Below are positions 31,262 through 40,678 of a stretch of 64,000 bases of DNA, piece by piece; position 1 is the stretch's first letter, and every line of letters begins with the position of its first letter. Origin of the DNA: an uncultured Chloroflexia bacterium (GTDB lineage: Bacteria; Chloroflexota; Dehalococcoidia; DSTF01; WHTK01); NCBI GenBank assembly GCA_963731765.1, contig CAVSWS010000041.1:77691-141690 (forward strand), in the 5' to 3' direction. Under the pieces are notes generated by a model. The model had not been told where the DNA came from. It saw only the letters and a list, made by a program, of their open reading frames with translations, and searched no databases. The translations under genes and the position numbers were made by a program.

Positions 31262-32221
31262 CTACTGGGTGACGCAGCTGCTGAGGAAGAACTGGCGCTC
31301 AGCCGGCGAACGGTAGTCCGTGCCTCGGATCGACGCGCAGTCGGTGCGGTCCGGCAGCGCTCCCGTGGAGCCCGTGGCGGCGGCACCGCAGTTCGTCTCG
31401 AAGTAGCTCTGCTCCGCAGACGTGCGCTGCGTTGATGCCGACAGGACATCGCAGTCCGTGCGGGCCGTGCTGGTGGCGGCCGCGCCCGAGCTCACGGTCA
31501 GGGTGACCTGCTGGACGCCGTCCGTGCTGCTGCCTGCGTCCGGCGACTGGTCGATGACGAGGCCGGCCGTCACCGGCGAAGCGGCATCGATGCGCAGATA
31601 GGCAATGTCCTGCTGGTCCAGGAAAGCCATGACGGCATCGACGTCGACATTGGTGAAGTCAGGCAGGATCCCGGGCAATCCGGCCTCCAGGGGCCGCTCC
31701 GTAGAGGCCGAGGAAGCTGGGGAAGACTGAGGTGAGACCGCGGAGGTCGGTGCGGCCGCCGCTCCCAGGAGGTCAAGCCCGTTCGAGCCTGTGGTCTGGT
31801 TGGTCGCCTGCTGGTCCTTCTGGACCTTCGCTTCCAGGTCGTTGAGGTTCGATCCGCCGCGGTTGAGATAGAGTCCGAGCCCAACCAGCGCCACGAGGAC
31901 GACGCCGGCCACCAGCCAGCGCACGTTGAACGTGATGGGGCCGCGAGTCGATACGGGGGTCAGTTGAGTAGACGGGCCGGTGCCGGTCCAGCCCGCCGGG
32001 AGCTCTTCCAACTGAGGGTCCGGGTCGATACCCAGGTAGCGACAGTAGGTGCGCAAGAAGCCACGCGCATAGACGGGCGCCGGAAATACGCCGTAGTTGT
32101 GTTCTTCGAGGGCCACGAGGAAGCGCCGCGAAATTCGCGTGCTACGTTCCGCATCTTCGAGCGTGAGACCGCGGGCGATGCGGGCTTGAGAAAGACTCGT
32201 GGTGCCGAGGTCTAACGTCAT
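31262..32221 (-). CDS. RodZ-like HTH-domain membrane protein with C-terminal PASTA domain
   Basis: 319 aa. N-terminal Xre-type HTH 'RIARGLTLEDAERSTRISRRFLVALEE', a single TM, Ser/Thr-rich linker, PASTA-like 'DQQDIAYLRIDAASPVTAGLVIDQSPDAGSSTDGVQQVTLTVS'. Confidence 0.6.
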   Translation of the reverse strand: MTLDLGTTSLSQARIARGLTLEDAERSTRISRRFLVALEEHNYGVFPAPVYARGFLRTYCRYLGIDPDPQLEELPAGWTGTGPSTQLTPVSTRGPITFNVRWLVAGVVLVALVGLGLYLNRGGSNLNDLEAKVQKDQQATNQTTGSNGLDLLGAAAAPTSAVSPQSSPASSASTERPLEAGLPGILPDFTNVDVDAVMAFLDQQDIAYLRIDAASPVTAGLVIDQSPDAGSSTDGVQQVTLTVSSGAAATSTARTDCDVLSASTQRTSAEQSYFETNCGAAATGSTGALPDRTDCASIRGTDYRSPAERQFFLSSCVTQ

Positions 32222-32528
32222 AGGTCCCGTCTCCGGAAGGGCTTAGTTACATAAGCGCTGGTAATCAGTAAAGCTAAAACCGGGTCGTCAGGGTGTCAAG
32301 TTAGGGAAAACCCTCATTACGACCTCATCGCAATTTGGTATGACCATTCTCGAAGCCCAAACAGGTGTGCGATCAGATCGTTGACAGCTACAGCGGGCGA
32401 GGACGATCATTCCGCCAGTCAGCGCTCAGGGGAACTCGCTGCAAGCATGATTTCGTGCTTCTTAGCTTCGACAACCTATTCCTAAGCGTCTGACAGCATT
32501 CGGCCGATTCCCAGTCAAGGAGAGCGAA

Positions 32529-33704
32529 GTGAACCGTAGTACCAACCGCATCCTCACGACCCACGCCGGGCGCCTCAACGGGCCGCCGGAGCTGACGGCC
32601 GAAACCCAGAAGCTGCAACGCGGCCAGTCCAATGATTACGAGGCAATCCTGCCGCTTGTCCGCCAGTCCATGGTCGGTCTCCTGAAGCAGCAGCAGGAGG
32701 CAGGCATCGACATCCCCAGCGACGGCGAGCTGGGCAAGATCGGCTTCGGCATCAACTACTACGGCAAGCGCCTCAGCGGCATCGCTGCCCGCCCGTTAAA
32801 GGAAGGCGAAGCCGGCATGATGTCCGGCGCCACCGGCGAGCGCATCGAGTTCGCCGAGTTCTACAACCAGCTCAGCACCGGTGGAGGCGGCTACCAGGCT
32901 CCACCGGCCACCACCCGCATCGTCTGCAACGGCCCGATCGAGTACATCGGCCAGAAGCTGGCGCAGGCCGATGTCGACATCTTCAAGTCGGCGGTCGAGC
33001 AGGCCGGCCTCAAGCCCGAGGACTGCTTCATGTGCGTCCTGGCGCCCGGCTGGCTGGAGCACTTCTTCTACAACGAGTACTACAAGGACGACGAGGCCTA
33101 TCTCTTCGCCCTCGCCGATGCGATCCACGAGGAGTACAAGATCATCGCGGACGCCGGCTTCATCCTGCAGCTGGACGACCCCGGCCTGCCGGACACCTAC
33201 GACATGATCGTGCCCAACCCGAGCATCGAGGACTACCGCAAGTTCGCCCAGATCCGGGTCAACGCCATGAACCGGGCCCTGGAGGGTATTCCGGCCGACC
33301 GCGTGCGCTACCACATCTGCTGGGGCAGCTGGCACGGCCCGCACACACACGACCTTCCCCTGAAGCACGTCGTCGACCTCATGCTGCAGGTCAACGCGCA
33401 GGCCTACTCGGTCGAGGCGGCCAACCCGCGCCACGAGCACGAGTGGAAGGTGTGGCGGGACGTGAAGCTGCCGGAGGGCAAAATCCTCATCCCGGGCGTC
33501 GTCAGCCATGCCAGCAACGTCGTCGAGCACCCGGAGCTCGTGGCGGACCGCATCATCCAGTACGCCGAGCTCGTGGGCAAAGAGAACGTCATCGCCGGCA
33601 CTGACTGCGGCATGGGCAACCGTGTGCACCCGCAGATCGCCTGGGCGAAGCTCAAGGCGCTCTCGGAAGGCGCCGCGATGGCCTCGAAGCAGCTCTGGGG
33701 TTAG
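32529..33704 (+). CDS. Cobalamin-independent methionine synthase family protein (MetE C-terminal-domain-like, short form)
   Basis: 391 aa, GTG start. Zn-ligand-like 'YHICWGSW' (His-x-Cys) and 'DCGMG' Cys motif consistent with the Meth_synt_2 / UroD-like fold. Confidence 0.65.
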   Translation: MNRSTNRILTTHAGRLNGPPELTAETQKLQRGQSNDYEAILPLVRQSMVGLLKQQQEAGIDIPSDGELGKIGFGINYYGKRLSGIAARPLKEGEAGMMSGATGERIEFAEFYNQLSTGGGGYQAPPATTRIVCNGPIEYIGQKLAQADVDIFKSAVEQAGLKPEDCFMCVLAPGWLEHFFYNEYYKDDEAYLFALADAIHEEYKIIADAGFILQLDDPGLPDTYDMIVPNPSIEDYRKFAQIRVNAMNRALEGIPADRVRYHICWGSWHGPHTHDLPLKHVVDLMLQVNAQAYSVEAANPRHEHEWKVWRDVKLPEGKILIPGVVSHASNVVEHPELVADRIIQYAELVGKENVIAGTDCGMGNRVHPQIAWAKLKALSEGAAMASKQLWG

Positions 33705-33805
33705 CGCTTCGGAAACAGGCAAGCCCTTCCGAGGGCGCTAACGGTTTCGATGTCTACAGGGGACGCCGCAGAAGTCTGAAGCGGCGTCCCCTGTAGTTCG
33801 AAACC
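33701..33805 (+). terminator. Two consecutive long hairpins immediately after the metE-like stop
   Basis: Hairpin 1: TTAGCGCTTCGGAA...TTCCGAGGGCGCTAA. Hairpin 2: GGTTTCGA-tgt-CTACAGGGGACGCCGC-(11 nt loop)-GCGGCGTCCCCTGTAG-t-TCGAAACC. Followed by an AT-rich island at 33806-34050. Confidence 0.55.
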
Positions 33806-34050
33806 TCTAAACCTTTCACGTAACCTATCTGTCCGGTACCAAACCTAAGTAGTCGCATCCGTTCTGCTTGCGGTTCCAGATGATTGACCCCTACACTAGC
33901 CTGGCCTGGTCATGATAAATAGCATCCATCCGTGGTAGCATACTAAGGATGAACTTTAGTTCATGGATGTAACGAGCAGGCTCGTAACAAGTTAATAAGT
34001 CTAGGATCCATAGGCGGCAGTGAGGCCGCTGTGCGGTCCTAAAGGGTTCC

Positions 34051-36870
34051 ATGATGACTACCGCGCTTCGCGGTGCGGGTACCCAAGGCAGGGAGGCCTC
34101 CATGTCCCAGGATCAAGATCAGCCTGAGCAGAGCAAGCAGTCATTGCGCCGGCGGCTTCTTTCCCGCATGGGTATGAAGGGCCTCGGCAGCGAGAGCGGC
34201 CTTGTACGTGCCTTTTCCGTTTCCGGCCTCCTGGTTGTCTTTGCGATTGTCGTCGTCGCAGGCACCTTCGCATGGCGCAGCGTGGCAGTCGGTGCCCCTA
34301 GCACCAGCGGCACATTAAACTGCCCGCTACCTGCATATAATCCGACTCACTATGCCCTGCAGGTTGGGACCTCCGTAACCTGCACGATCACAGGTGCCGA
34401 AGACGTTTCCGGTCAATCGACCGTCGATGTAATCATCAAGAGCTCGCAGTTCGGTAACCAGACGGTCACCGGGACGGTCACTGGCACCGGCTCGGCGACT
34501 ACCATCACGTTCACGTTCACGGCGCCAGCCAATGGCTGCGACACCACGGTCGTTGCCTACAGCACAAACGGCAACAACGTCAGCGGTGACTATCAGGGAT
34601 TCGGCTACGTCGATGCGGGCGGTAATCACATCAGCTGTACAGGCGGACCATCACCAACCAGCACGCCGACGAATACACCTGAGCCGACCCAGACGCCAAC
34701 AGCGACTGCCACCAGTACTGCTACAGCAACGGCAACGCCGGTTGACACTGCTACTCCCACGCCGACGAGTACGGCCACAGCTATCGCCACGTCTACAGCA
34801 ACTGCCACAAGCACGGCGACCGCAACGCCCACACCGAATGACACCGCCACTGCTACGCCAACGGCGACAAGCACGGCTTCTCCCACACCGACCGCCACAA
34901 GCACTGCGACGGCGACACCGACCGCTACAGGTACGGCTACGCCCACTCCGACTGTGACCAGTACTGCGACACCGACCCCGACGGCAACGAGTACGGCCAC
35001 GGCCACTGCAACGGCGACCGCAACTGCTACGGATACGCCCACGGACACTCCTACACCCACCGAGACCCCGACAAGTACACCGACGCCGTCCACTCCGACG
35101 ATCGTGACGTCGCCGAGCTCACAGACCATCAATCTCGGTGGCGACCCCTCGAGCGTGACCGACCACATCACCGTGACGGTTAACAGCGAGGGGATCGCGG
35201 GCACCGTGGACGTCTACGTCTGCCAGGACGATAACGCCAACCCGGACTGCACCACGGGTGGCACGCAGACCGGCAACGACATCGCGCTCGACGGTAACGG
35301 CGAAGCGGACTCCGATCCGTTTACTCCGACGGTCGAAGGCTTCTACTGCTTCCGGGTCGAATTCGCGCCGACCGACACGGCGGCCTACAGCCCGGCCCAG
35401 CACACGAACATCCCGGTTGAGTGCTTCCAGGTGACGGCACCCGACACGGACATCGCCAAGACGGCCGACGCTGACACCGTCAACGTTGGTGGCGACCTCT
35501 CCTACACGATTACCGTGACCAACAATGGCAGCGGCCCGACTAACGACACCCTGACGGTCGTCGATACGCTGCCCGACGGCCTCACCAACATTTCGGTTAC
35601 CGAGAATGGCTGGAACTGTAACGACGAGTCGATCACGGAGCCGACTTCCGGCGCAACGATGACCTGTACCTACGACGGCGTCGTCAACGCCGGTGCCTCG
35701 GCGCCGAGCATCGTGGTCGACGTGACGGTGCCCGACGACAGCTGTGACAACCTCACCAACCAGGCCGTCGTCAGCGGCGCTGATGCCGGCAACGACACGG
35801 CCGATAACACCGCTTCAGTTACGACGAACGTCGATGGCTGTGCAAGCGACCTGGATATCACGAAGTCGGGCGATACGACCGCCCTGTTCGGCGATACCGT
35901 CCAGTACCTCATCCAGGTCACCAACTCCGGCAACAACCAGGCTGATGACGTGGTGGTCACGGACAACCTCGACAACAGTCTGAACGGCGTCACGGCCCTC
36001 TGGGACACGGACAGCAACCCGGCCGTTGGTGGTACCGCCTGTACGGTGGGCGCCGGCAACGACGTGAGCTGTAGCGTCGGTAGCCTGGGTATCGGCGAAT
36101 CGGCCTGGGTTCTTGTGACCGGCACCGTCGACTCCTGCGATGACCTGACGAACCAGGCCGTCGTGAACTGGAACGACGGCACCACCGGCACGCCCGACTC
36201 GAACACGAGCAACATCGTGACGACGACGGTAACCTGTGGCGCCATCACCATCGTCAAGGACACTGATCCCGAGACGACGGGCATCAACTTCAGCTTCGGC
36301 AGTTCGTTCGGCGGCTTCGTGCTGCAGGACGACCAGTCGATCAACTTCAACGACCTTGAATCGGCGACCTACACGTTCACCGAGACGAACATCCCGGCGG
36401 GTTGGGACCTCACGGACATCAGCTGCACCAACGACGGCATCAACGCCGGCGTGCTGGATGACGTCAACCTGGGCAACGAGACGGTGGAGATCACCCTTCG
36501 CGCCGGTGACGACATAACGTGTGTCTTCAACAACGTCGAAGAGCCGCCGGTGGTCATCGTGGAGGAGACGGCAACGCCAACGCCCACGGCGACCTCGACA
36601 CCGGTAGCCCAGGTCGGTGGCATCATCACCACGCCGACGCCGACCCTCGTTTCGGAAATCGGTGGGGTCCGGACGACGCCCACGCCCACCCTGGTTAGCG
36701 AGATCGAGAGCGTCCGCAGCCTGCCGCAGACCGGTAACGGTGGCCCCATGGCAGATGCGACGCACGGCGGCGCTTCCTTCCCGTGGGCCCCAGTGGCGGT
36801 CGCCTCAGTGCTCGCTGCTATCGGCCTGGCGTTTGGCTTCGGTCGCCGCCGTCGAGGCGACGCAAGCTAG
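34051..36870 (+). CDS. Cell-wall-anchored surface protein: DUF11 repeats, SpaA/prealbumin-like domain, PT-rich linker, C-terminal LPQTG sorting signal
   Basis: 939 aa. N-terminal TM/signal. DUF11 motifs '[31 protein letters not shown]' and '[26 protein letters not shown]'. '[15 protein letters not shown]...[11 protein letters not shown]' prealbumin-like domain. C-terminus 'LPQTGNGG...[23 protein letters not shown]' is a sortase signal. Exact start uncertain. Confidence 0.7.
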   Translation: MMTTALRGAGTQGREASMSQDQDQPEQSKQSLRRRLLSRMGMKGLGSESGLVRAFSVSGLLVVFAIVVVAGTFAWRSVAVGAPSTSGTLNCPLPAYNPTHYALQVGTSVTCTITGAEDVSGQSTVDVIIKSSQFGNQTVTGTVTGTGSATTITFTFTAPANGCDTTVVAYSTNGNNVSGDYQGFGYVDAGGNHISCTGGPSPTSTPTNTPEPTQTPTATATSTATATATPVDTATPTPTSTATAIATSTATATSTATATPTPNDTATATPTATSTASPTPTATSTATATPTATGTATPTPTVTSTATPTPTATSTATATATATATATDTPTDTPTPTETPTSTPTPSTPTIVTSPSSQTINLGGDPSSVTDHITVTVNSEGIAGTVDVYVCQDDNANPDCTTGGTQTGNDIALDGNGEADSDPFTPTVEGFYCFRVEFAPTDTAAYSPAQHTNIPVECFQVTAPDTDIAKTADADTVNVGGDLSYTITVTNNGSGPTNDTLTVVDTLPDGLTNISVTENGWNCNDESITEPTSGATMTCTYDGVVNAGASAPSIVVDVTVPDDSCDNLTNQAVVSGADAGNDTADNTASVTTNVDGCASDLDITKSGDTTALFGDTVQYLIQVTNSGNNQADDVVVTDNLDNSLNGVTALWDTDSNPAVGGTACTVGAGNDVSCSVGSLGIGESAWVLVTGTVDSCDDLTNQAVVNWNDGTTGTPDSNTSNIVTTTVTCGAITIVKDTDPETTGINFSFGSSFGGFVLQDDQSINFNDLESATYTFTETNIPAGWDLTDISCTNDGINAGVLDDVNLGNETVEITLRAGDDITCVFNNVEEPPVVIVEETATPTPTATSTPVAQVGGIITTPTPTLVSEIGGVRTTPTPTLVSEIESVRSLPQTGNGGPMADATHGGASFPWAPVAVASVLAAIGLAFGFGRRRRGDAS
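34660..35100 (+). repeat. Pro/Thr/Ala-rich low-complexity tandem repeat array inside the surface-protein CDS
   Basis: About 140 aa of (T-A-T/P-T-P) repeats encoded by degenerate ACN/GCN/CCN tandem DNA repeats. The antisense frame gives the spurious 'VGVAV' ORF at 34626..35204. Confidence 0.6.
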
Positions 36871-36968
36871 AGTGATCCGGCCGGGGCGAGAGTAATCCCG
36901 CTCCGGCCGTAACCAACCCCGCCATCTCGCGTTGATGAGGGCGGGGGCACTTTGAAACGCTACTGGGA

Positions 36969-37835
36969 TTGGCCTGCGGAAGGTGCTGTCACGTGACGCG
37001 CGCGATCGTCTTCATCACTCTGGTTGCTGGTGTGGGTGTCCTGATCGCCATGGCCATCCTGCGCCGGTCTTCCGGCCATCAACCCTCTCCCGCCGAGGTC
37101 GAATCGATGACTCCACCCGCACCCGAAATGTCACCGCCACCCCCGCCGAGCGAAGAGCCCGTTGCGGGCCGCCTGCGTTATCTGCTCCTGCTCATCCCCG
37201 CCTCGCTGCTCGTCGCGGCGCTGATCATCCTCACCGCAGGCTCCGGCAGTAATGACGGCGGCACGAGTGCAGTGAGCACGAACGCGTCGCCCACGGCGAC
37301 TGCTCGCGCGAGCGTCGCCGGAGGTAGTTCCGCCGTGGCCGCCGACGCGACTGCTACGGCCATGCCGCACCCCGTCGACGTCGCCCGCGTCGTGGTACCC
37401 AGCCTCGACATCAATGCGCCCATCATCACCCTCGGCGTCGACGCCACCGGCACGATGGAGGCGCCCGGCAACCCGACGGACGTCGCCTGGTACAACTTCT
37501 CGGCCCGCCCGGGGGAGATCGGCAACGTCGTGCTCGCGGGCCACCTCGACTACATCAACTACGGTCCGGCGGTGTTCTACCACCTGAAGGACGCCAAGGC
37601 AGGGGACGAGGTCGATCTCGTCCTCGTCGATGGCACCACGGCTCGCTACCGCATCCAGAACGTCACAACCTACGACGATGCCACCGCGCCCGTGCAGGAG
37701 ATCGTTGGTCCCACAGATAAGGAAGTCGTGACGCTGATTACCTGCGGCGGCTCCTTCGACCAGCTCTCGCGTGAGTACGACAAGCGCGTGGTACTCCGCG
37801 CTGAACGCGTCGCGGATACAGCTGTCGCGCCTTAG
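36969..37835 (+). CDS. Sortase family transpeptidase (class E/F-like)
   Basis: 288 aa. N-terminal TM segments. Catalytic His 'VVLAGHLDY', Cys 'VTLITCGG' and Arg context. Immediately downstream of the LPQTG protein. Confidence 0.8.
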   Translation: MACGRCCHVTRAIVFITLVAGVGVLIAMAILRRSSGHQPSPAEVESMTPPAPEMSPPPPPSEEPVAGRLRYLLLLIPASLLVAALIILTAGSGSNDGGTSAVSTNASPTATARASVAGGSSAVAADATATAMPHPVDVARVVVPSLDINAPIITLGVDATGTMEAPGNPTDVAWYNFSARPGEIGNVVLAGHLDYINYGPAVFYHLKDAKAGDEVDLVLVDGTTARYRIQNVTTYDDATAPVQEIVGPTDKEVVTLITCGGSFDQLSREYDKRVVLRAERVADTAVAP

Positions 37836-38173
37836 AGCAGGCTCTCCCCGGAGCAGCGATTCCCTGAGGGCGTTACCCAGCTGCGTGACGTGTGAGAAGC
37901 GGCCGCCCGGGCCGAGAGTAGCAAGGAGAAGTCCTCCCGGACCCGGACGGCGTCTGGAGAGGGAGACGACTGCGGGCGCGTCGCCCGTCCTGCGTGTCCC
38001 TTGGTTCCATTATTCCAATCTCGCGGAGAGTTCGAATCTGCCGATGTTCACGAAATCGCAAGTCATCCGGCCCTTGGATTCGGCGCAGGAAGGCAGATGA
38101 TAGAAGGGTACGGATCGGGCGCGTCGCGGACACGCCTGCTTAAGTAGATTTGCCGAGTGTGTGGTGGTGAGAA

Positions 38174-39451
38174 ATGGTCGAGGCCGAGGTTCAGGACGAA
38201 GAGATCGAAGAGCTTTCACCCGCTGAAGAAGCGGAGTTGCCGGATGCCATAAGGCAGTACTTCCAGGAGATCGGCGCCGTGCCCCTGCTCAAGGGGCCCC
38301 AGGAAGTCGAGCTCGCCAAGGAGATCGAGAACGGCCGCGTGCTCGCCCGTGTGCAGCGAGAACTCAAGTCACGGGGCGAGCCGCTGACCTACCCATCGAT
38401 GGCGCGCCATCTCCTCGGCTGCATGCGTCGCCTCCTGGACCGCATGCGCCCTCTGTTCGACGGCCACACCAAGAGCTACGCCGAGCTGCTGTTCGCCACG
38501 TCGCTCCAGCGCTCCATCGAGCGTGAGATCGATCCGGGTCTCGCCGATGCCATCGCTGAGGTCGTAGGGACGTCCGGCGGTCAGGTAACGGATGACCTCT
38601 GGGTGCTCTCGGTCGGCAGCCGCATCGTGACGCCGGAGCAGCTAGACGCGGGACCGGACGACGAGGAAGCCGTGCGCCGACTGGCGGAGGACCTTCGCGC
38701 CACGGAGCGCATCGCTGGTGAAGCGAAGGACCACATGCTGCGCGCCAACCTGCGCCTCGTCGTGTCGATTGCCAAGCGCTATCAGAACAGCGGCCTGCCC
38801 TTCCTGGACCTCATCCAGGAGGGCAACACGGGCCTGATTCGCGCCGTCGAGAAGTTCGACTACCGGCGCGGCTTCAAGTTCAGCACCTACGCGACGTGGT
38901 GGGTACGCCAGGCGATCACCCGAGCCCTCGCCGACAAGTCGCGTACCGTTCGATTGCCCGTGCACGTCGTCGAAAACGCCAACAAGTACCGTAAGGCGCT
39001 GGATGCCCTGCTTTCGAAGCTCGGTCGTGAGCCGACGCAGCAGGAGATCGCCGATCAGATGGGCATCACCGTCGAGGCGGTCGAGCAGATCCAGGAGGCG
39101 CTGACGCGCCAGCCCATCTCGCTCGAACGCCCGCTGATCAGCGATGGCGATGGCCGGCTGGAGGATGTCATCCAGGTCGTCGCCGCCTCGCCTGCCGAGG
39201 AGGCCGAGTCGATGCTGCTGCACGACGACCTCACGACGGCGCTCAACGTGCTCCCACCGCGCGAGCGCGAGATCATCGTGCTGCGTTACGGCCTTCGGGA
39301 TGGCAAGCCGTTGACGTTGGAGGAGACGGGCCGCCACTTCAATCTGACACGGGAGCGAGTACGCCAGCTGGAGGCGCGCTCATTCGCTCAGCTGCGCGAT
39401 TCGCCGGAGATGCGTTCGCTGCTAGACTACCTCAACAACGGCAACGACTAG
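38174..39451 (+). CDS. rpoD: RNA polymerase sigma-70 family sigma factor (RpoD/SigA-like, group 1/2)
   Basis: 425 aa. Region 2 '[41 protein letters not shown]', region 3 and region 4.2 '[29 protein letters not shown]'. Long 5' leader. Hairpins at 39452-39510 after the stop. Confidence 0.9.
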   Translation: MVEAEVQDEEIEELSPAEEAELPDAIRQYFQEIGAVPLLKGPQEVELAKEIENGRVLARVQRELKSRGEPLTYPSMARHLLGCMRRLLDRMRPLFDGHTKSYAELLFATSLQRSIEREIDPGLADAIAEVVGTSGGQVTDDLWVLSVGSRIVTPEQLDAGPDDEEAVRRLAEDLRATERIAGEAKDHMLRANLRLVVSIAKRYQNSGLPFLDLIQEGNTGLIRAVEKFDYRRGFKFSTYATWWVRQAITRALADKSRTVRLPVHVVENANKYRKALDALLSKLGREPTQQEIADQMGITVEAVEQIQEALTRQPISLERPLISDGDGRLEDVIQVVAASPAEEAESMLLHDDLTTALNVLPPREREIIVLRYGLRDGKPLTLEETGRHFNLTRERVRQLEARSFAQLRDSPEMRSLLDYLNNGND

Positions 39452-39625
39452 CCGGCGCATCCGGCGCCACGTGCCGATTGGGCCGAGTCTTCTCTAATAA
39501 GCCAATCGGCCCCGCCCGGACGCGCCGGATGGCCCTACGATGCTTCGTTTGCCGCGCCTAAGTTGTAGGAAGTGAGTCCCGGGAGATACCGGGCTGCAGG
39601 CACGACGAAAGGCTGTGAAGACGCA

Positions 39626-40156
39626 ATGACCACAATTCTGGCAACGGTGGACGGCTCCGACGAGTCACTGGCAGTGATCCCTGCTGTGCAAAAGCTTGCG
39701 GCAGACCAGGATGCGAGCGTGCGGCTCCTGATGGTCGTCGATCGCCCGTCGGCGACGGCGCGACGGTCAAGTAACATCTCTCGCTCGCCGACTGCGCCCG
39801 CGGAGGGTGTTCCCGGCGCGCCCATGAACTTCGGTCCTGTCAATCGGCCGGAGCCAAATTGGGCTGAGTCCGAGGAGCAGGCTTTCGAACGGGCAGCGGC
39901 CGAAGGTCATGACTACCTCGAGTCCGTCGCCAAGGTACTCCGAGACGCCGGTGTCAAAGTCGAGACCGAAATCATCGTCGATGACGACTACAGTCGCGCC
40001 ATCATTGGGTACGCGCGGGAGAACAGGCCGGACATGATCGCCATGGCGACGCACGGTCGCAGCGGTCTCAGCGGCCTCGTGCAGGGCAGCGTCGCAGCAG
40101 CCGTAGTGCGCGCCGGTGTTGCCCCGGTACTCCAGGTCCGTCCGTCCGGGAAATAG
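39626..40156 (+). CDS. Universal stress protein (UspA family)
   Basis: Start at 'MTTILATVDGSDES', aa 19 of the track ORF. C-terminal 'MATHGRSGLSGLVQGSVAAAVVRAGVAPVL' Usp ATP-binding motif. Confidence 0.8.
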   Translation: MTTILATVDGSDESLAVIPAVQKLAADQDASVRLLMVVDRPSATARRSSNISRSPTAPAEGVPGAPMNFGPVNRPEPNWAESEEQAFERAAAEGHDYLESVAKVLRDAGVKVETEIIVDDDYSRAIIGYARENRPDMIAMATHGRSGLSGLVQGSVAAAVVRAGVAPVLQVRPSGK

Positions 40157-40193
40157 CAATTGACATAAGAGACGCTTGTCGAGGAGGGAACAC

Positions 40194-40598
40194 ATGACAA
40201 AGATACTCTTACCCCTGGACGGCTCCTCCTGCTCCGAGGCGGCCATTCCTGTTGCGAAGAACCTGGCAGGCTCTCTCGGTGCGACCCTCGTTCTCGTCAT
40301 AGTCGGCAATCTGGCAGAGACGGGAAAAATGGCGCACGAGGAAGAAGGGGAGCTGAAGGACACGCTGAAGCGCCTTGCTAAAGAGCACTCCCTCGGCGAT
40401 AACCAGCGCATCGATATGGGCGGGGACGCCGCGCAGGGTATCCTCAGCATTGCGGACGAAGAGGGCGCCGACTTCATCGTGATGGCGACGCATGGCCGCT
40501 CCGGTCTGTCAGACCTGGCGCAGGGCAGCGTCGCCCAGGAAGTGGTACGAGACGGGCGCAGGCCCGTGGTCCTCGTCCGTCCGTCGAACGAACAGTAG
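40194..40598 (+). CDS. Universal stress protein (UspA family), tandem paralog
   Basis: Start at 'MTKILLPLDGSSCSEAA'. 'MATHGRSGLSDLAQGSVAQEVVRDGRRPVVLV'. Confidence 0.8.
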   Translation: MTKILLPLDGSSCSEAAIPVAKNLAGSLGATLVLVIVGNLAETGKMAHEEEGELKDTLKRLAKEHSLGDNQRIDMGGDAAQGILSIADEEGADFIVMATHGRSGLSDLAQGSVAQEVVRDGRRPVVLVRPSNEQ

Positions 40599-40678
40599 TA
40601 GGCATAGAAGCGAGAGGCTCCGATACATGACGAACCAGACCGACAACGACTTCTCCACCCTTCTCACGCAGCTGGCCC

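Noticed and set aside
32222-32528. Candidate SAM or cobalamin riboswitch upstream of the metE-like gene
   Set aside because: Not rejected outright, but I could not identify the conserved B12-box or S-box by eye, so it is reported only as an unclassified structured leader and not annotated as an ncRNA feature.
33891-34103. 70-aa minus-strand ORF in the AT-rich island
   Set aside because: It has no RBS or homology and lies within the probable promoter region of the surface-protein gene.
34660-35100. Possible CRISPR-like or tandem-repeat array
   Set aside because: The repeats are degenerate, in-frame codon repeats encoding a Thr/Pro/Ala stalk. There are no spacer-repeat regularity and no cas genes.
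34626-35204. 192-aa 'VGVAVAV...' ORF, plus 35815..36765 (316 aa) and 36369..36749 on the minus strand
   Set aside because: They are antisense to the PT-repeat and DUF11 regions of the LPQTG surface protein, and the repetitive low-complexity translation mirrors the sense-strand repeats.
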